From assembly GCF_006345805.1 (NCBI RefSeq), contig NW_021835990.1, forward strand, positions 124,001 to 188,000: a stretch of DNA of 64,000 bases. The letters are read 5' to 3'. Positions within the stretch are counted from its first letter, which is position 1. Each line of letters begins with the position of its first letter. Below are positions 24,930-37,149 of the stretch, in pieces. The translations under genes and the position numbers were made by a program. Origin of the DNA: Octopus sinensis. Taxonomy: Eukaryota. A model generated the notes under the pieces. It did no database searches, was not told the DNA's origin, and was given only the letters and a program-made list of their open reading frames with translations.

Positions 24930-26066
24930 TGCCCCAGTGGTTAGACACTTTGGTTCAGCAGGCGCAAACAATGCTATTAGTTACTTGGCTACAACTCTAG
25001 GGAGTCCAACTCGGTGAATACGTCGAATACCATAAACGGAGAAGTAAACCCAAAGGACACCAGTTCCAGTATTTGTGTGCCATATGTGGAGATAAAGCAC
25101 TCGGCTACAATTTTAATGCAGTCACCTGTGAATCCTGCAAAGCCTTTTTCAGACGCAATGCTCTCAGAAAGAAGGTAGTCCTCCATAATATGTCCTTTAG
25201 AATACTCGTTGTGCCTTCAACGGAGAGTGTGCCCTCACTCTTTTCACCCGCAAGTTCTGTCCCGCCTGTCGACTCAACAAATGTTTCAGCGTTGGAATGA
25301 AAAAGCAGTGGATTCTCAGTAAGCCGTGTTTATAATCCCCCAGCCGATGAGCAACTCAAGAAAAGACGTGTAAAAATTGAACATAAAAGAACAAATTCGC
25401 GGGAAGCAAATCAGGAAATTTCCAATTCTGTTTTGATCAGTCCACACAACTACGAATCGACATGTTCGGTGCCATTTCCCTACAACTACTGCCAAATAAC
25501 TGAACAAATGTACCCGCCTATGCAAAGACATTATTTTTTTCCGGCCGAAATGCATCGAAATATCCGGAAAAACATGTTTGATATGACTTACTTCACTTGA
25601 ATGGACTACACATACCCACAGGGAAAGGAACAAAAGGACAGCGGATTCTACGACTGTGTGTTCAGAGAGGATTTTGAGTACCCCAAGTCATTTGAGGACT
25701 TTTCGAATCACCTTGTGGTCAAATTCGCCCCCAATTACCCGTCATGTCCTCCACAGGGGAAATACTGGAGAATGCGCCCAAAATGTGTCTTTCGGAAGAG
25801 GCAGTTCAGATGCTGGAAAATATAAATTACATTTTTTACAGGTTAGTTGTGAATCTGATTTGTAGAGTGTTTGCTAACACTGATTCGATGAGTTGTCGAG
25901 TCAGACAATTCTTTCAATTTCTGTGACATTTTGACGAATATAGGAGTCTGGACATGGAAGACAGACTCAATCTGTTCAAAGTAGTGTTTGTTGGTGATCC
26001 CAGTTTTCGACAATTGTACTGCTGACGATTCGTTTGAGCATAATGTCCCAAGCATGTGGTCTATAT
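24930..26066 (+). pseudogene. Nuclear receptor, NR1J/HR96/DAF-12-like: DBD intact, LBD disrupted and interrupted by hAT
   Basis: [29 protein letters not shown], then (intron 25175-25200) the second finger CAFNGEC...[20 protein letters not shown], then intron 25319-25343. LBD-like FDEYRSLDMEDRLNLFK is preceded by an in-frame TGA. The 5' end is uncertain. Confidence 0.85.
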
Positions 26067-28245
26067 CAGTGTTTCTCAACGTTGGGCCCCAGGCCCACTT
26101 GTGGGCCTGAGAAATTTTGAAATGGGCCTGAAGATTTAATTGGGCCTGGAGTGGGCCTCAAAGAAAATATGTTAATACTAATACTAATAAATCTTTATTC
26201 GTTATTATTTTCAAATTGATTTGATTTGTTTTTAATTTAATGATATTGTCATATTTAAATTTAAATATTATAGGCCTGATTGTATAGTTCATGTCAAAAG
26301 TACACAAGGAAAAAAGGAAGACTACACGCAAATACCAGACTGATTTTTTATTACTAGGCTTCATCCCATCAAGTGCTGATTCTAAGAGGCCTGAATGTGT
26401 GGACTGTGGCTTAGTAATGACAAATGTTTCCATGAAGAAATCAAAATTGTTCGCCCATCAACAGTTGAAGCATCCTGCTTCTGTTGGAAAGGAGCGCAGC
26501 TATTTCAGGAAGAAAGTGGAGTTACGCCAAAAGAATGCTCCAAAAACTTTAGAATTCTGCTTAAAAAAAGCAAATGAGCATAATAACAAGACACTAAAAG
26601 TCAGTTATGCAGTGAGTGAACTGGTTGCTAAGGTGGGGAAGCCACATACAATTGCAGAACGTCTGGTGAAGCCAGCAATGTTGATCTGTGCTAAAGAACT
26701 GCTAGGAGAACAGGCTGCCAACATTCTACAAAAAATCCCATTGTCTAATGACACAGTGAAGAGAAGGCAAATTGAAATGGCAGAAAACCTCGAGAAACAG
26801 CTTGTGGAAAAATTAAAAGTTTCTAAGTTCTCACTACAAATTGATGAGACAACAATCAACAATTCTGCCTTATTACTTACTTATGTCCGATATATTGATG
26901 CAATGGCAATTCATGAAGAAATGTTATTTATAAAAAAGTTGATTGACACACGAAGCGACACTATATATGCGGCTGTTTACGACTATCTGTACGATAATGG
27001 GATCCCTCTGTCAAATCTGTTGCAGATTGCAACAGACGGTGCCAGCGCTATGACCGGCAAACAGAATGGCTTTGTAGCTAAATTAAAAAAAGTTGCCCCT
27101 CATATATTGGCAATTCATTGCATCATCCATCGAGAACATCTTTGTGCTAAATCTCTCAATGATGACATGGAACATGCATTGAAAGTCGCTGTTTCAACAG
27201 TGAATTTTGTCAAAGCCAATGCTTTGCATGACCGCCTATTTCAACATTTATGTGAACATGAGGACCACCAGAGACTCCTCATGCACACTGAAGTGAGATG
27301 GCTTTCCAAAGGAAATTCCCTAGTTCGTCTTGCTGAAATGTGGGATATGGTTCTTATTTTTGTTCATGACATGAAAACACAAGCTTGTAGCAAGAAGCAG
27401 AAAGATAAAGCTGAGACTTTGTTTTCAGTGATAAATAACAACGATACAAAAGCAAGGATTTTTTACCTGGCTGACTTATTCGCACATGTCAACCAACTGA
27501 ACATGACACTGCAAGGGCGAAATGCTAATCTGATAGATAGTGCTGAGAAAGTACGCTCTTTTTTGAACAAGTTATGTCTCTGGAAGATGCATCTTCAAAA
27601 AAATGAATTTGCTTATTTTTGTAATTTTGCCAAAACTGCTCCGAGCTCAGAAGTAATCGCAAGCTGCACTGACCACTTGAAATGCTTGAAAGAAGATATG
27701 ACTAGAAGATTTAAAGATATCATCGAAATGAATCCGCCTAGTTGGATTATAGATATAGCACATTTTGACGTATTAAGTGAAAAAGACATTGATCCTATTA
27801 TTGCTGGAGAACTTCTTGAACTGAAGGAGAACAAAGTATTAATGAAAAATATTGAAAGGGATGGCTTATATGGATGGATGAAAGTAGAATCGATTCATCC
27901 ATTACTCTTTGAAAAAGTTGTTCCGTTTGTACTTGGCTTTCCCACCACTTGGTTGGTTGAGACAGGATTTTCTGCAACAAACGATTTACTCACAAAAAAA
28001 CGCAATCAATTGCAGATTGAGAAGAGAGGAGACTTACGTTTGAGGTTGAACCAAGATCTGGAAATTCAACTTGACAAATTGATAGATAGACATCAAGAGC
28101 AGTGTAGTCATTGACATTTTAATAAGATTTTTTATGTTAATAAAAATACTTTTTTGTTAATCAAAGTTTTATTAAAGGCAATGGGCCTGAGATTTTATAT
28201 GACCCTGAAAATGGGCCTCAGGGAAAAAAAGGTTGAGAAACACTG
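26067..28245 (+). mobile_element. Complete hAT transposon (Buster/Charlie type)
   Basis: TIR CAGTGTTTCTCAAC at both ends; perfect 8-bp TSD GTCTATAT (26059-26066, 28246-28253); subterminal GGGCC motifs. Confidence 0.97.
26291..28114 (+). CDS. Intact 607-aa hAT transposase
   Basis: BED finger (CVDC...H....H), QIDETT, TDGASAM, HCIIH, EVRWLSKG and TTWLVETGFS; no stops or introns. Confidence 0.96.
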   Translation: MSKVHKEKRKTTRKYQTDFLLLGFIPSSADSKRPECVDCGLVMTNVSMKKSKLFAHQQLKHPASVGKERSYFRKKVELRQKNAPKTLEFCLKKANEHNNKTLKVSYAVSELVAKVGKPHTIAERLVKPAMLICAKELLGEQAANILQKIPLSNDTVKRRQIEMAENLEKQLVEKLKVSKFSLQIDETTINNSALLLTYVRYIDAMAIHEEMLFIKKLIDTRSDTIYAAVYDYLYDNGIPLSNLLQIATDGASAMTGKQNGFVAKLKKVAPHILAIHCIIHREHLCAKSLNDDMEHALKVAVSTVNFVKANALHDRLFQHLCEHEDHQRLLMHTEVRWLSKGNSLVRLAEMWDMVLIFVHDMKTQACSKKQKDKAETLFSVINNNDTKARIFYLADLFAHVNQLNMTLQGRNANLIDSAEKVRSFLNKLCLWKMHLQKNEFAYFCNFAKTAPSSEVIASCTDHLKCLKEDMTRRFKDIIEMNPPSWIIDIAHFDVLSEKDIDPIIAGELLELKENKVLMKNIERDGLYGWMKVESIHPLLFEKVVPFVLGFPTTWLVETGFSATNDLLTKKRNQLQIEKRGDLRLRLNQDLEIQLDKLIDRHQEQCSH

Positions 28246-28309
28246 GTCTATATCACAACGATTCCAATTCGTTTGATTCTGCCATGTCCACAAATTATTA
28301 TTATTACTC

Positions 28310-29755
28310 CTAAGGGTCAATAAGTGTCGGCACGATGCCTTATTAATATTTTGTTGCATGCCCTTTTGCAACAATTACTGCTTCTAATATTCTTTTGTAT
28401 GTATCTATTAATTTAAAGCATTCTTCTTTGGAAATTTTATTCCACTCCTCACGGCAGAATGCTTTTAACTCTACTATGTTTCCAGGTCTTCGGTTTCCTA
28501 CCTTTATTTTCAATGTTTTCCATAAATTTTTAATTGGGTTTAAGTCAGGAGATTGACTAGGCCATTTCGGAACATTTATTCCATTATTATTAAGCCATTC
28601 AGTAGTTATTTTAGCTTTATGTTTGGGATCGTTGTCGTGTTGAAACGTCCTATTGCTTCTTAGCTTTAATTTATTGATGGACGGAACTAAACAATTTTCC
28701 AAAATTTCGACGTACATCTTGGCATTCAATATTCCATCTATGAAAAATAGTTCACCCACACTTTGAGACGAAAAACACGCCCATAACACTAGGCTGCCTC
28801 CTCCGTGCTTAACTGTCGGTATGTACATTTTTTGTCATATTCTTGATTTTTTTTCCTGAGGCCAAAAAGTTCAATTTTGGTTTCATCTGACCATAATATG
28901 TTCATTATATATTTTAAATTTTTACTTAAAAAATTCTGAGCGAATTTTAGTCGCGCTGATATATGGACTTTGCTTAGTTGAGGAATATGTCTTGCCCTTT
29001 TTATGAATTCCTTGTTTGCGCAATGTATTAGTTATCGTAGATAAACCAACTTTGATTCATTATGGCAGGCGGAATAATTTTTTAAGTTTTAAAATTATTT
29101 TTGACTTTTAGAATTTAATTTTAAAGCAGAATTTAAAATTTGCCGGACAGAAAAGATTGGATTTTTGTTGTTTTTGATCTGATCTCTAATAAATGAAGCG
29201 TAATTAAAAAATCCATTTATCTGATTTTACAAAAGGAGTAATAACTCTTCAGGAAAAAAAATTGAAGAGATATCTAAAATACTGAAAATTCCCAGATCGA
29301 CCGTGGGATTTGTGACAAGAAAATTTTCCAAAGAAGGCACCACTACACGAAAAATTAGATCTGGACGTTTACCGAAACTCTTTTCAGATCAAAAAAACAC
29401 AATACAATTAATCTTGAGGGATGAACCCTCAATTTCTGCTGTGTCTCTTTCTGTGATAACAAAAACTCAATTTAATGTGGACGTATCTCCCAGAACAATT
29501 GGTCGTATACTAAATTCATTTGGATTACATGCCCGAGTTGCAAAACACAAACCTCTTTTAAAATCAAAAAACATCGAATCATGGTTTTTTTGTCCTGCAA
29601 ATTTTAAATTCTGCTTTAAAATTAAATTCTAAAAGCCAGAAATAATTTTAAAAATTAAAAAAATAATTCTAATTTTGCCAAGAATGATGTAAGAAAATTA
29701 AATTATAATTTATTAAAAAAATGTATTACAAATCCAATTTTTTTGTCAGGCACTG
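28310..29755 (-). mobile_element. Degenerate Tc1 transposon
   Basis: WSDETKIELFG, VKHGGGSLVLW, FQHDNDPKH, WPSQSPDLNPIKNLW (catalytic E changed to K) and GHATKY; TIR CAGTGCCTGACAAAA plus TA at 29755. Confidence 0.9.
29063..29680 (+). mobile_element. Foldback/MITE-like insert with ~90-bp inverted arms enclosing a Tc1 5' half
   Basis: Perfect 39-bp inverted core at 29105-29143 and 29597-29635; the interior encodes EISKILKIPRSTV...RSGRLPKL...HARVAKHKPLL on the + strand. Confidence 0.7.
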
Positions 29756-29769
29756 TACATTGAAATGTA

Positions 29770-30895
29770 CTAAATAAGCAATTCCCCAGGGACAGGGAAA
29801 CAAGTGGATAAAGAATATGAAGAAGGCCAACAACTTACACATTGTCAAGCTAAGTGACCCCGACTTTGTTCGCGTCCGTGAAAATTGCATCCAATTCGGC
29901 ACCCCTGTAGAGAATAGTCCGATTTCATACTAAGGTCTTGTTCGAGGACATTGGAGAGGAACTCGACCCCATGCTTGAGCCATTATTGCTAAAACAGACT
30001 TTCAAGCAAACCGGGTCGCTTTGTGTGAGACTTGGCGACAGCATTGTGGAATACTCGTCAGATTTCCGACTTTACATGACAACAAAAATAAGAAATCCAC
30101 ACTATTTGCCTGAAACGTCAGTCAAAGTCGCGTTGCTGAACTTTATGGTAACGTCGGAGGGACTCCAGGACCAACTTTGGGGTATTGCTGTGGCCAGAGA
30201 AAAGCCGGAACTCGAAGAAGAGAGGAGTGCTCTCATTATTCAAACTGCAGAGAATCAACGGTAAGACAAAGCACGAATAAAGGGTAGGCAAATGAAGGAA
30301 ATTGAAGATAAAATACTCCTGTCTTCATCAGAGAGAAACAACTGTCCTCCTCCAAAGTTCTGGCTGATGAGATCGCAGAAAAACAAAGTGTTGCGGAAAT
30401 AACTGAAAAGAAAATCAACGACAATCGTCTTGAGTACCAGACCGTGGCGGTGAATGGAACTGTGCTGTTTTTTAAAGTCGCGGATTTGGCAAATATCGAC
30501 CCAATGTACCAATACTCGCTTCCGTGGTTTATAAATCTCTACATTCTCTCCATCGACAATTCAAAAAAGTCGAGTGACATTCAAACGCGACTCTCGACTC
30601 TTAAAGAACATTTTGCATTTTCTCTGTACAATAACATATGCCGCTCACTCTTCGAAAAAGACAAGGTTGAGGGAGTTTGTGATTGCTAGCTCCTATTTTT
30701 GTTCACTCTCTGCATAAATATGATAAAATACAACGGGGAAGTGTCGGAAGACGAGTGGAATTTCTTGTTGACTGGAGAAGTGAGTTTGGAGAACGTTCAT
30801 AGCAACCCAACTGAGTGGCTGCCTTCTAATAGCTGGGATGAGATATGCAGACTGGATAGCTTTGAAGGGTTTAATAACATTCGAAGGAAGAACTT
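29770..30895 (+). pseudogene. DNAH7: DNAH7-like dynein relic, AAA5 region
   Basis: PQGQGNKWIKNM, ENCIQFGTPV, IGEELDPMLEPLL, RNPHYLPE, ELEEER and NIDPMYQYSLPWF motifs; 27-28-nt introns (e.g. 30261-30287); frameshifts. Confidence 0.9.
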
Positions 30896-30899
30896 GTGA

Positions 30900-31310
30900 T
30901 GATAATCTTGGATTAAACTTCTTGTATCAAGCGATAGGTATAAATAATTTATCAGCTTGCAAAATGATAGTAGACAGGATCTTGGCCGTCCTTTTTACCG
31001 TGCAATTTTCCATAGAGAGATCGAGCAGGCAGTCGTCCACATACAGCCCGAAACCATGCCAGTTAGCCTTCGAGTAATTCAAGTACGACACATAACCTTC
31101 ATTTTATTCGATAGGACGAAAAATGTATCTCTCATAAGTTTGCACAAAAATATATGTTGTCTGACGATTCGTTTAATTGGAATCGTTTGGCCGTTTTCTG
31201 ACACTTTCTTATGACTGAAAATACAAATCTGTGTATATTCCATGCTTTAAAAATTCAATAATTTAATTGACTCTATCATATGTAAGCTCATATCGACATC
31301 GAATGTCAAA
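30900..31310 (-). mobile_element. LINE APE-RT linker fragment
   Basis: YLNYSKANW...IILQADKLFIP resembles the post-APE linker. Confidence 0.45.
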
Positions 31311-31346
31311 ATTAAGACAAAGCACGAATAAAGGGTAGGCAAATGA

Positions 31347-32140
31347 CTTGTGACACTCTCTCCTCTGTCCTGCTTCAGAGTTTCGACCAGCACAGGCTGG
31401 CCTGTCTTCGTGCGGGCTGCAGTCCGGGCAGTGGGGCCTGGCTTGACATCGGGACACTACTAGACGGCGATTGTCTCAGAATCGCTATTTCTCTGCGTCT
31501 TGGTTTGAAGATCTGTGAAATTCACAAGTGCCGCTGTGGGGCCATGATCGACCAGTACGGACTACACCCTCTTTCCTGCAGACGCAGTGCTGGGCGGGCA
31601 CCACGCCACACAGCCTTAAATGACGTTGTCTTGAGGGGTCTCAATGCTGCCGGAATTCCATCAATCCTAGAACCGGCTGGGCTTGCTAGGGGAGACGGAA
31701 AAAGACCTGACGGTCTATCTACCTTCCCCTTTGAGTTCGGCAAGTCGCTGATTTGGGACGCGACATGTTCAGATACTTTCTCTGAACCTAATCTTCCCTT
31801 GTCAGCCGTCGCAGCCGGTTCGGTGTCCCTTAGAACAGAAAAGCTTAAGATTGCGAAATATAGAGAACTCTCGGAGCGATATCTATTCGCCCCTGTTGCT
31901 GTCGAGACTTCAGGAGTCATTGGGGAAAAGTTTTTGACTTTCCTCTATAAGCTCGGACGTCTGATCTCTCTGAAGAGAAATGACACACGCGAGACGGGCT
32001 GGCTCCTTCAGAGGATTTCCCTTGCCATCGTACGAGGAAACTGTTTCTCCATCTACGAAGCGGGGAAGTCCTCTAACTAATTTTAGTTTCATTTTGATTT
32101 TTTCTGGTTAAAAGAAATAAATATAAAAAAAAATTATAAA
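31347..32140 (+). mobile_element. CRE-clade (RLE endonuclease) LINE 3' part
   Basis: Open 245-aa frame: SGAWL...CRCG...HPLSC...RHTALND...KRPDG...WDATCSDT...QRISLAIVRGN; A-rich tail. Confidence 0.88.
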
Positions 32141-33059
32141 AATTATTATGAAAATAAGTCAAAAAATAATTTTCATCATATAATTTTTTCATGCTATTTT
32201 TTTTATTTAAATTTAAAGTGGCCCCTTCATTTCAATAGTAAAAATGTTCAAATTGATGAAAGAATAAATACCCTCTCGCTTTGAATAAAAATTGTTGTTT
32301 TCATCATTTACTTCAAACCAATCTAAAGATATAAATCTATAAAAAAAAATCCACCCTCATTTGCACTTCGTTTGATCCCAGTATTCACAGGATTTATCGG
32401 ACACCAACTAATTTCATCTTTTCCCAACACATCAAGCAAATGTTGGTCAATGTCTTCTAATTTTTCTACTTGCTTCTTTTTATGATTCGACCGTTTTTTT
32501 CACACTAAAATAAGAATTATTTAATTCGTTAGCTCTACAAACATCTCTTGGGGTGGTCTATTTCTTGTTGATTTATAGCAGTATCGGGCTGTTCAATTTC
32601 ATTCGATACTTGTGTTTGTGGATATCCGTAGTTCATTTAATATATAGCCATAAAATCGTCATCTATCTGATGATTATAACATATAATTTACTTTTGGGAA
32701 CCATCCGCGTTCCTCTTCATTCCACTCATAATTCACAGAATTGTTAAATTGAAAATCGGATGCAATTTCTATCGTGGTTTTGTTTCTTTGTCTGTTTCGT
32801 GCTCGCTGTTACTATTATTGTTCATTTTTTCAAAATATTTGTTAATTTTATATTAATTTTATTAATCTACTGATTTTTAGATTTTTTAAAACTGTTAGAG
32901 TATTGTGTCAATGAGATAGTTATTAAATTAAAAGATTTTTATTGTTTCCGGCTTTTCAAACATTGGATCATCGCTTAACGATCAGAAATTTAAGATAACT
33001 AACGTTTTATTTCAAACAATGTTTAGTTTATATTTTCTCAATTTACCTAAAAATATGAA

Positions 33060-33910
33060 TTGTACGCAACCGCATCTGCAAAGGAATATGATCAAAAGGA
33101 CGTGAATGATCTCATCAATTTCTTTTCAAAAATAGCACACAAGGAGCACAGGAAATCGGATATATTATCCTCAAACAGCAGACTTAAGAAACAGTTGGCA
33201 CCTCTCCTTTGCTCGGTAAAAGAGGCATGGGATACTCTGCATTCCACAAAAAAGACATACTCTCTTGGTCCAGACAAAATCCTAGTCACCCTATTAAAAA
33301 ATCTTGGTGACGAAGAAGCTACTTTTTTAGCAGCTATCTCGATCAACCAAAATGTGAGACCGTTATTATGTAAACAGGCACTAATAAGGCCGATACTAAA
33401 ATCTGGAAGACCTAGAGACGACCTTGCATTTTTCAGACCGGTTTCCCTGATATACTCCATGTCAAAAATCGTAGAGAGGATGGTTCTCGGAACAATAAAA
33501 GAAATTTTACCGAAAACGCCTTGTCAACATGTGTTCAAAAATAAGATGTCCACGTCTAAATATTTACAAACATTGACGGAGTTCATTTGTATTGGATTTT
33601 CAAACAAGCGAGACACTTAGAGACTGTGCTCTGTTTCGTCGAGTTAGATTATATCAAGGAAAATATTTCAAACAGAATTTCCAGAGAAGATCAAACTTTG
33701 ATCAACAAGCTTCTATGTGGACGAAGGGGAAAGATGTGCCTCGGATGCTTAAAGTCTAAGTCTAGATTCCTACGCAACGGAGTATCTCAGGGATACCCCC
33801 ATCCCCGGCTCCTGAACCGTCCATCTCATACGCCTGCGTATCATAGGGACTGCTGTTATCTTGGACCAACAGGAGCAGAATCAAGAAGGCCCACAAAAAA
33901 GTACAGATTA
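33060..33910 (+). mobile_element. Degenerate LINE RT fragment
   Basis: LGPDKI...FRPVSLIYSMSKIVERMVL...NGVSQG. Confidence 0.75.
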
Positions 33911-34039
33911 TAGAAAGAGCGTTACGCATAGGCAGCCTGTGACATTTTTGACTTTGAAAATACCTTTTGATTATTCAACATTTTTTTGTTAAAAATGAAA
34001 ATCAATTTTGATCAAATTTTTTTAGGTGATGTGAAAGCC

Positions 34040-34200
34040 ATTCTACCTCCCAAGGATCGTAAGTGCGCATAGAGATTTTGACCCCGAGTTTGCTGAAAAA
34101 GTTTTTCGTTTTCGGACCAAGAGCACCCAACATCTCCGCAGCAATTGGCAGCATGAAAAACTCATTCAAACGACCGGAGTATTCTGTCAGTTTTGTATCT
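34040..34200 (-). mobile_element. CRE-clade C-terminal fragment
   Basis: FMLPIAAEMLGALGPKTKNFFSKLGVKISMRTYDPWE. Confidence 0.6.
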
Positions 34201-34229
34201 TGTGGTTTTAATAAAATGAAATTTCTGTT

Positions 34230-34360
34230 GCACGTTGTTGTTGTTGCTCTTTCTTATATTGTTGTTCATTCTTATATTGTATATTGTTCATTCTGATATC
34301 CCTGTATTTATTCTTATATTCTTGTATTCATTCTTATATTCTTGAATTCTTGTATTCTCA
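34230..34360. repeat. Degenerate ATTCTTAT/TTGTT tandem repeat
   Basis: Repeated TTCTTATATT and TTGTTCATTC units. Confidence 0.6.
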
Positions 34361-34389
34361 CCTATCTATGAACCCATCTCATATCCAAT

Positions 34390-36250
34390 CGTTTCCAACA
34401 TTCCAATGCTTAATTTTCTTAACCAATAAAACTCGCAAGAAGGCGAGAAAGTGCTTTGACTGTCAGAGAAATGTCCACCTATCTTGTGCCGGCTTAACTA
34501 AGTTATCATCTGCAGCCATCGCAATCTGGAAATGTCCAGCGTGTCTCAGTGCTTGTCCCCTAAAGCCAGTACCCCTTCAAAATCCTCCACTTCCGTCTCT
34601 CCCGGCTGTTTGTGACATCCCCTTCGAGGATTTGTTATCCACTGTTGCCGGTCTGCGCCGCGCACGAACGCCCTTGATTCTGACCAGCCTACTGATTGGC
34701 TGAAATTATTTTGCTTTGGTTCCATGGCAATTGGCACACCTTACAGGGAACCTAATTCGAAGCAGCGCGGTTCACTGACTTCGCAATTAAAGGAAAATTT
34801 GACCCTCTTCGACAAAAACCCATTCACGGTTCTTCCCATTCCCCCCGTTGTACTTGAGCCTCCTTTAACGAATAAACCTGAACGTACTAACCTTCGTAAT
34901 AAAGTCCACGCCAAACTTATGGAAAATGATGTTAAAGCAGCTGTTCGCCTTGTGGCTTCCGATGACATTGTTCTACCTCCGTCGGAAGAGCTTCTCGAGT
35001 CACTCAAACTTAAACATCCGGCTGCCCCCACCGACCTCCGCGCTTTGCCAGTCCTCTCTGGAACCCCTACACATTCCTTTACACCCTCGGAGATTTTAAG
35101 CTGCATCGCGAGTTTCCCCCTCAGCAGACGGTCTCCGTCCTGGCCACCTACGTGACCTGACGTCCCCGGTTACAGGCGAGGCAAGAACCCGCCTGGTGAA
35201 GGCAATCATTGCCCTTTGCAATCTGGTTTTCTCAGGCAACTTTATCCCGTATGCACGTGACTTATTCTTCTCTGCCAATCTCACTGCCTTGAGGAAGACA
35301 GATAGTGGAGTTCGCCCCATCACTGTCGGAAATGTCTTCAGGAGGCTGGCTGCTAAGCTTGCTTGCAGGCTCGTTTCTTCTGATCTTGGGGCATTCTTCG
35401 GACCTGTTCAACTCGGAGTTGCTGTCAGGAATGGATGTGAGGGCGCCGGCCACGCCATGAGATGTTATATCCCCGTCAGCCGATTCTCGCCATGACAGAG
35501 CACTTCTCAAACTTGATATTAAGAACGCATTTAACTGCATCCGCCGGGATCACTTCCTGTCAGTTTGCTACGACCCTTTCCCCATTTTGTACGCGCTCTT
35601 GTCCTATGGAAGACCTAGCTTTCTAATATTCGGTTCGAATATTATTCTTTCAGGTACGGGAGTTTAACAGGGCGATCCCCTAGGTCCCCTTCTCTTTGCC
35701 TTGGGAATAAATGGAATCGGTCGGTCGGTTTCTTCCGAACTGAATATTTGGTATCTGGACGATGCCACTATTGGCGGCTCCCCAGAGACGATTTTCAAAG
35801 ACGCTTTATTGTTGGCACCTGCACTTCTGAGGATCGGACTGGAGATTAACCCCATCAAATCCGAATTAGTCAGCCTCAACCTTCCTGATAAACGCCTTGA
35901 CGACCTATCATCGTCCCTCCGCACTGGTTTTGTGCGCACGACTGATGTAAATGATCTCCGGATCCTCGGATCCCCCATTTTGTCGACCGCTATTAAGAGT
36001 GATCTTCTCACTAAACATTCCACGCTCACTGGTTTGCTGGACCGCCTCACGATTTTGGACAGCCACGTCGGCTTGTTTCTCGCGAGAAACTTCTTTGCCC
36101 TGCCTAAATTGCTCTACTCCCTCAGAAGTGCACCTTGTTACCTGCATGAGGACATTCTCGCTGATCTCGGTGACTCCCTTCGTTCGAAGATCGAATCTAT
36201 ATGCAATGTCGAGTTCGACTCTTTGGGGTGGAGTCAAGCTTCACTCCCCA
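34390..36250 (+). mobile_element. CRE-clade LINE 5' part: PHD finger + RT
   Basis: CFDC...HLSC...WKCPAC (PHD); RPITVGNVFRRL, QLGV, LDIKNAFN, GDPLGPLLF, WYLDD and WSQASLP; frameshifted. Confidence 0.88.
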
Positions 36251-37149
36251 TAGTTTTTCTAGTATTAAGTGGAGATTTTTGCATTTCGCTTCAGCCTATA
36301 ATAAACATCAGATTGATTGATGACAGTTTTGATTTTAATGCTATTTCTCTTAATCATAATATTTCTACCCTCTTACTTCACTTTCTCATAATTTACGACT
36401 TACCCAAAATTTAAAAATATGTGTGAGATTAACTAAATCAACACACGCATTTGAATCTTTATATTATTATATCCCTTACGAAGATTCGTAGTAATTTTAG
36501 CTCCGCACAGGCAAAATACACACTTTATTTTTTAAGTAAAAAACAGTTAATGTTTAACTAATCGTAGAACCAAGGAATGTTCTTGAGTTATTTTTCTTGT
36601 GTAACGCTACAGTTCCGCACTGATGACGGCGTTACTTGTCAAGCCTTTTAATGTCGTATTGATGTACGGAGCCTTCCACTAGATGAACAGGAGCGAGAGT
36701 CAAACCCGTGACCTAAGTCACTTTTGGCCCACACTTATCTTTCATAACTCTACCTCATTCCAAATTGACTAATATGTGGACGATTAACCAAATTAAGACA
36801 CACAGTTGAATCTTTAAGAAATGTTTTTTTCACTCGAAAAACCACTTGAAATTTTTAATACTTTAATTACATTATCTGGCCCTACCTAGTTGAAAATTAA
36901 CTCTTTACTTGAAAATAAAATGTGTGACGTGCCTTTGCAGAGCTATAGAATAGTATGCTCTAGGGAAAAGGCTATATTGATTGTTATTAATTTAATTACA
37001 AATAAAACAACATTTTTATCAGCAATTATTCTCTAAAGTACGAAAAATTTGCAATCCTTTCGATTTTTTGGTAATAGTGGTTATTATGAATCCGATTTAA
37101 AATGCAATCACGATTCTGGTAAGTTCTGAAATATAATTATGCATTTTTA

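Noticed and set aside
24860-24990. In-frame MAU2-nuclear receptor fusion
   Set aside because: The candidate micro-intron combinations I tried all hit stop codons.
31020-31050. YVDD on the minus strand as an RT active site
   Set aside because: The context matches the APE-RT linker, and flanking RT motifs are absent.
36560-36760. CTGATGA hammerhead-like core and a B-box-like GGTTTGACTC (possible SINE or ribozyme)
   Set aside because: No GAAA follows stem II, there is no convincing A box or cloverleaf, and no second copy.
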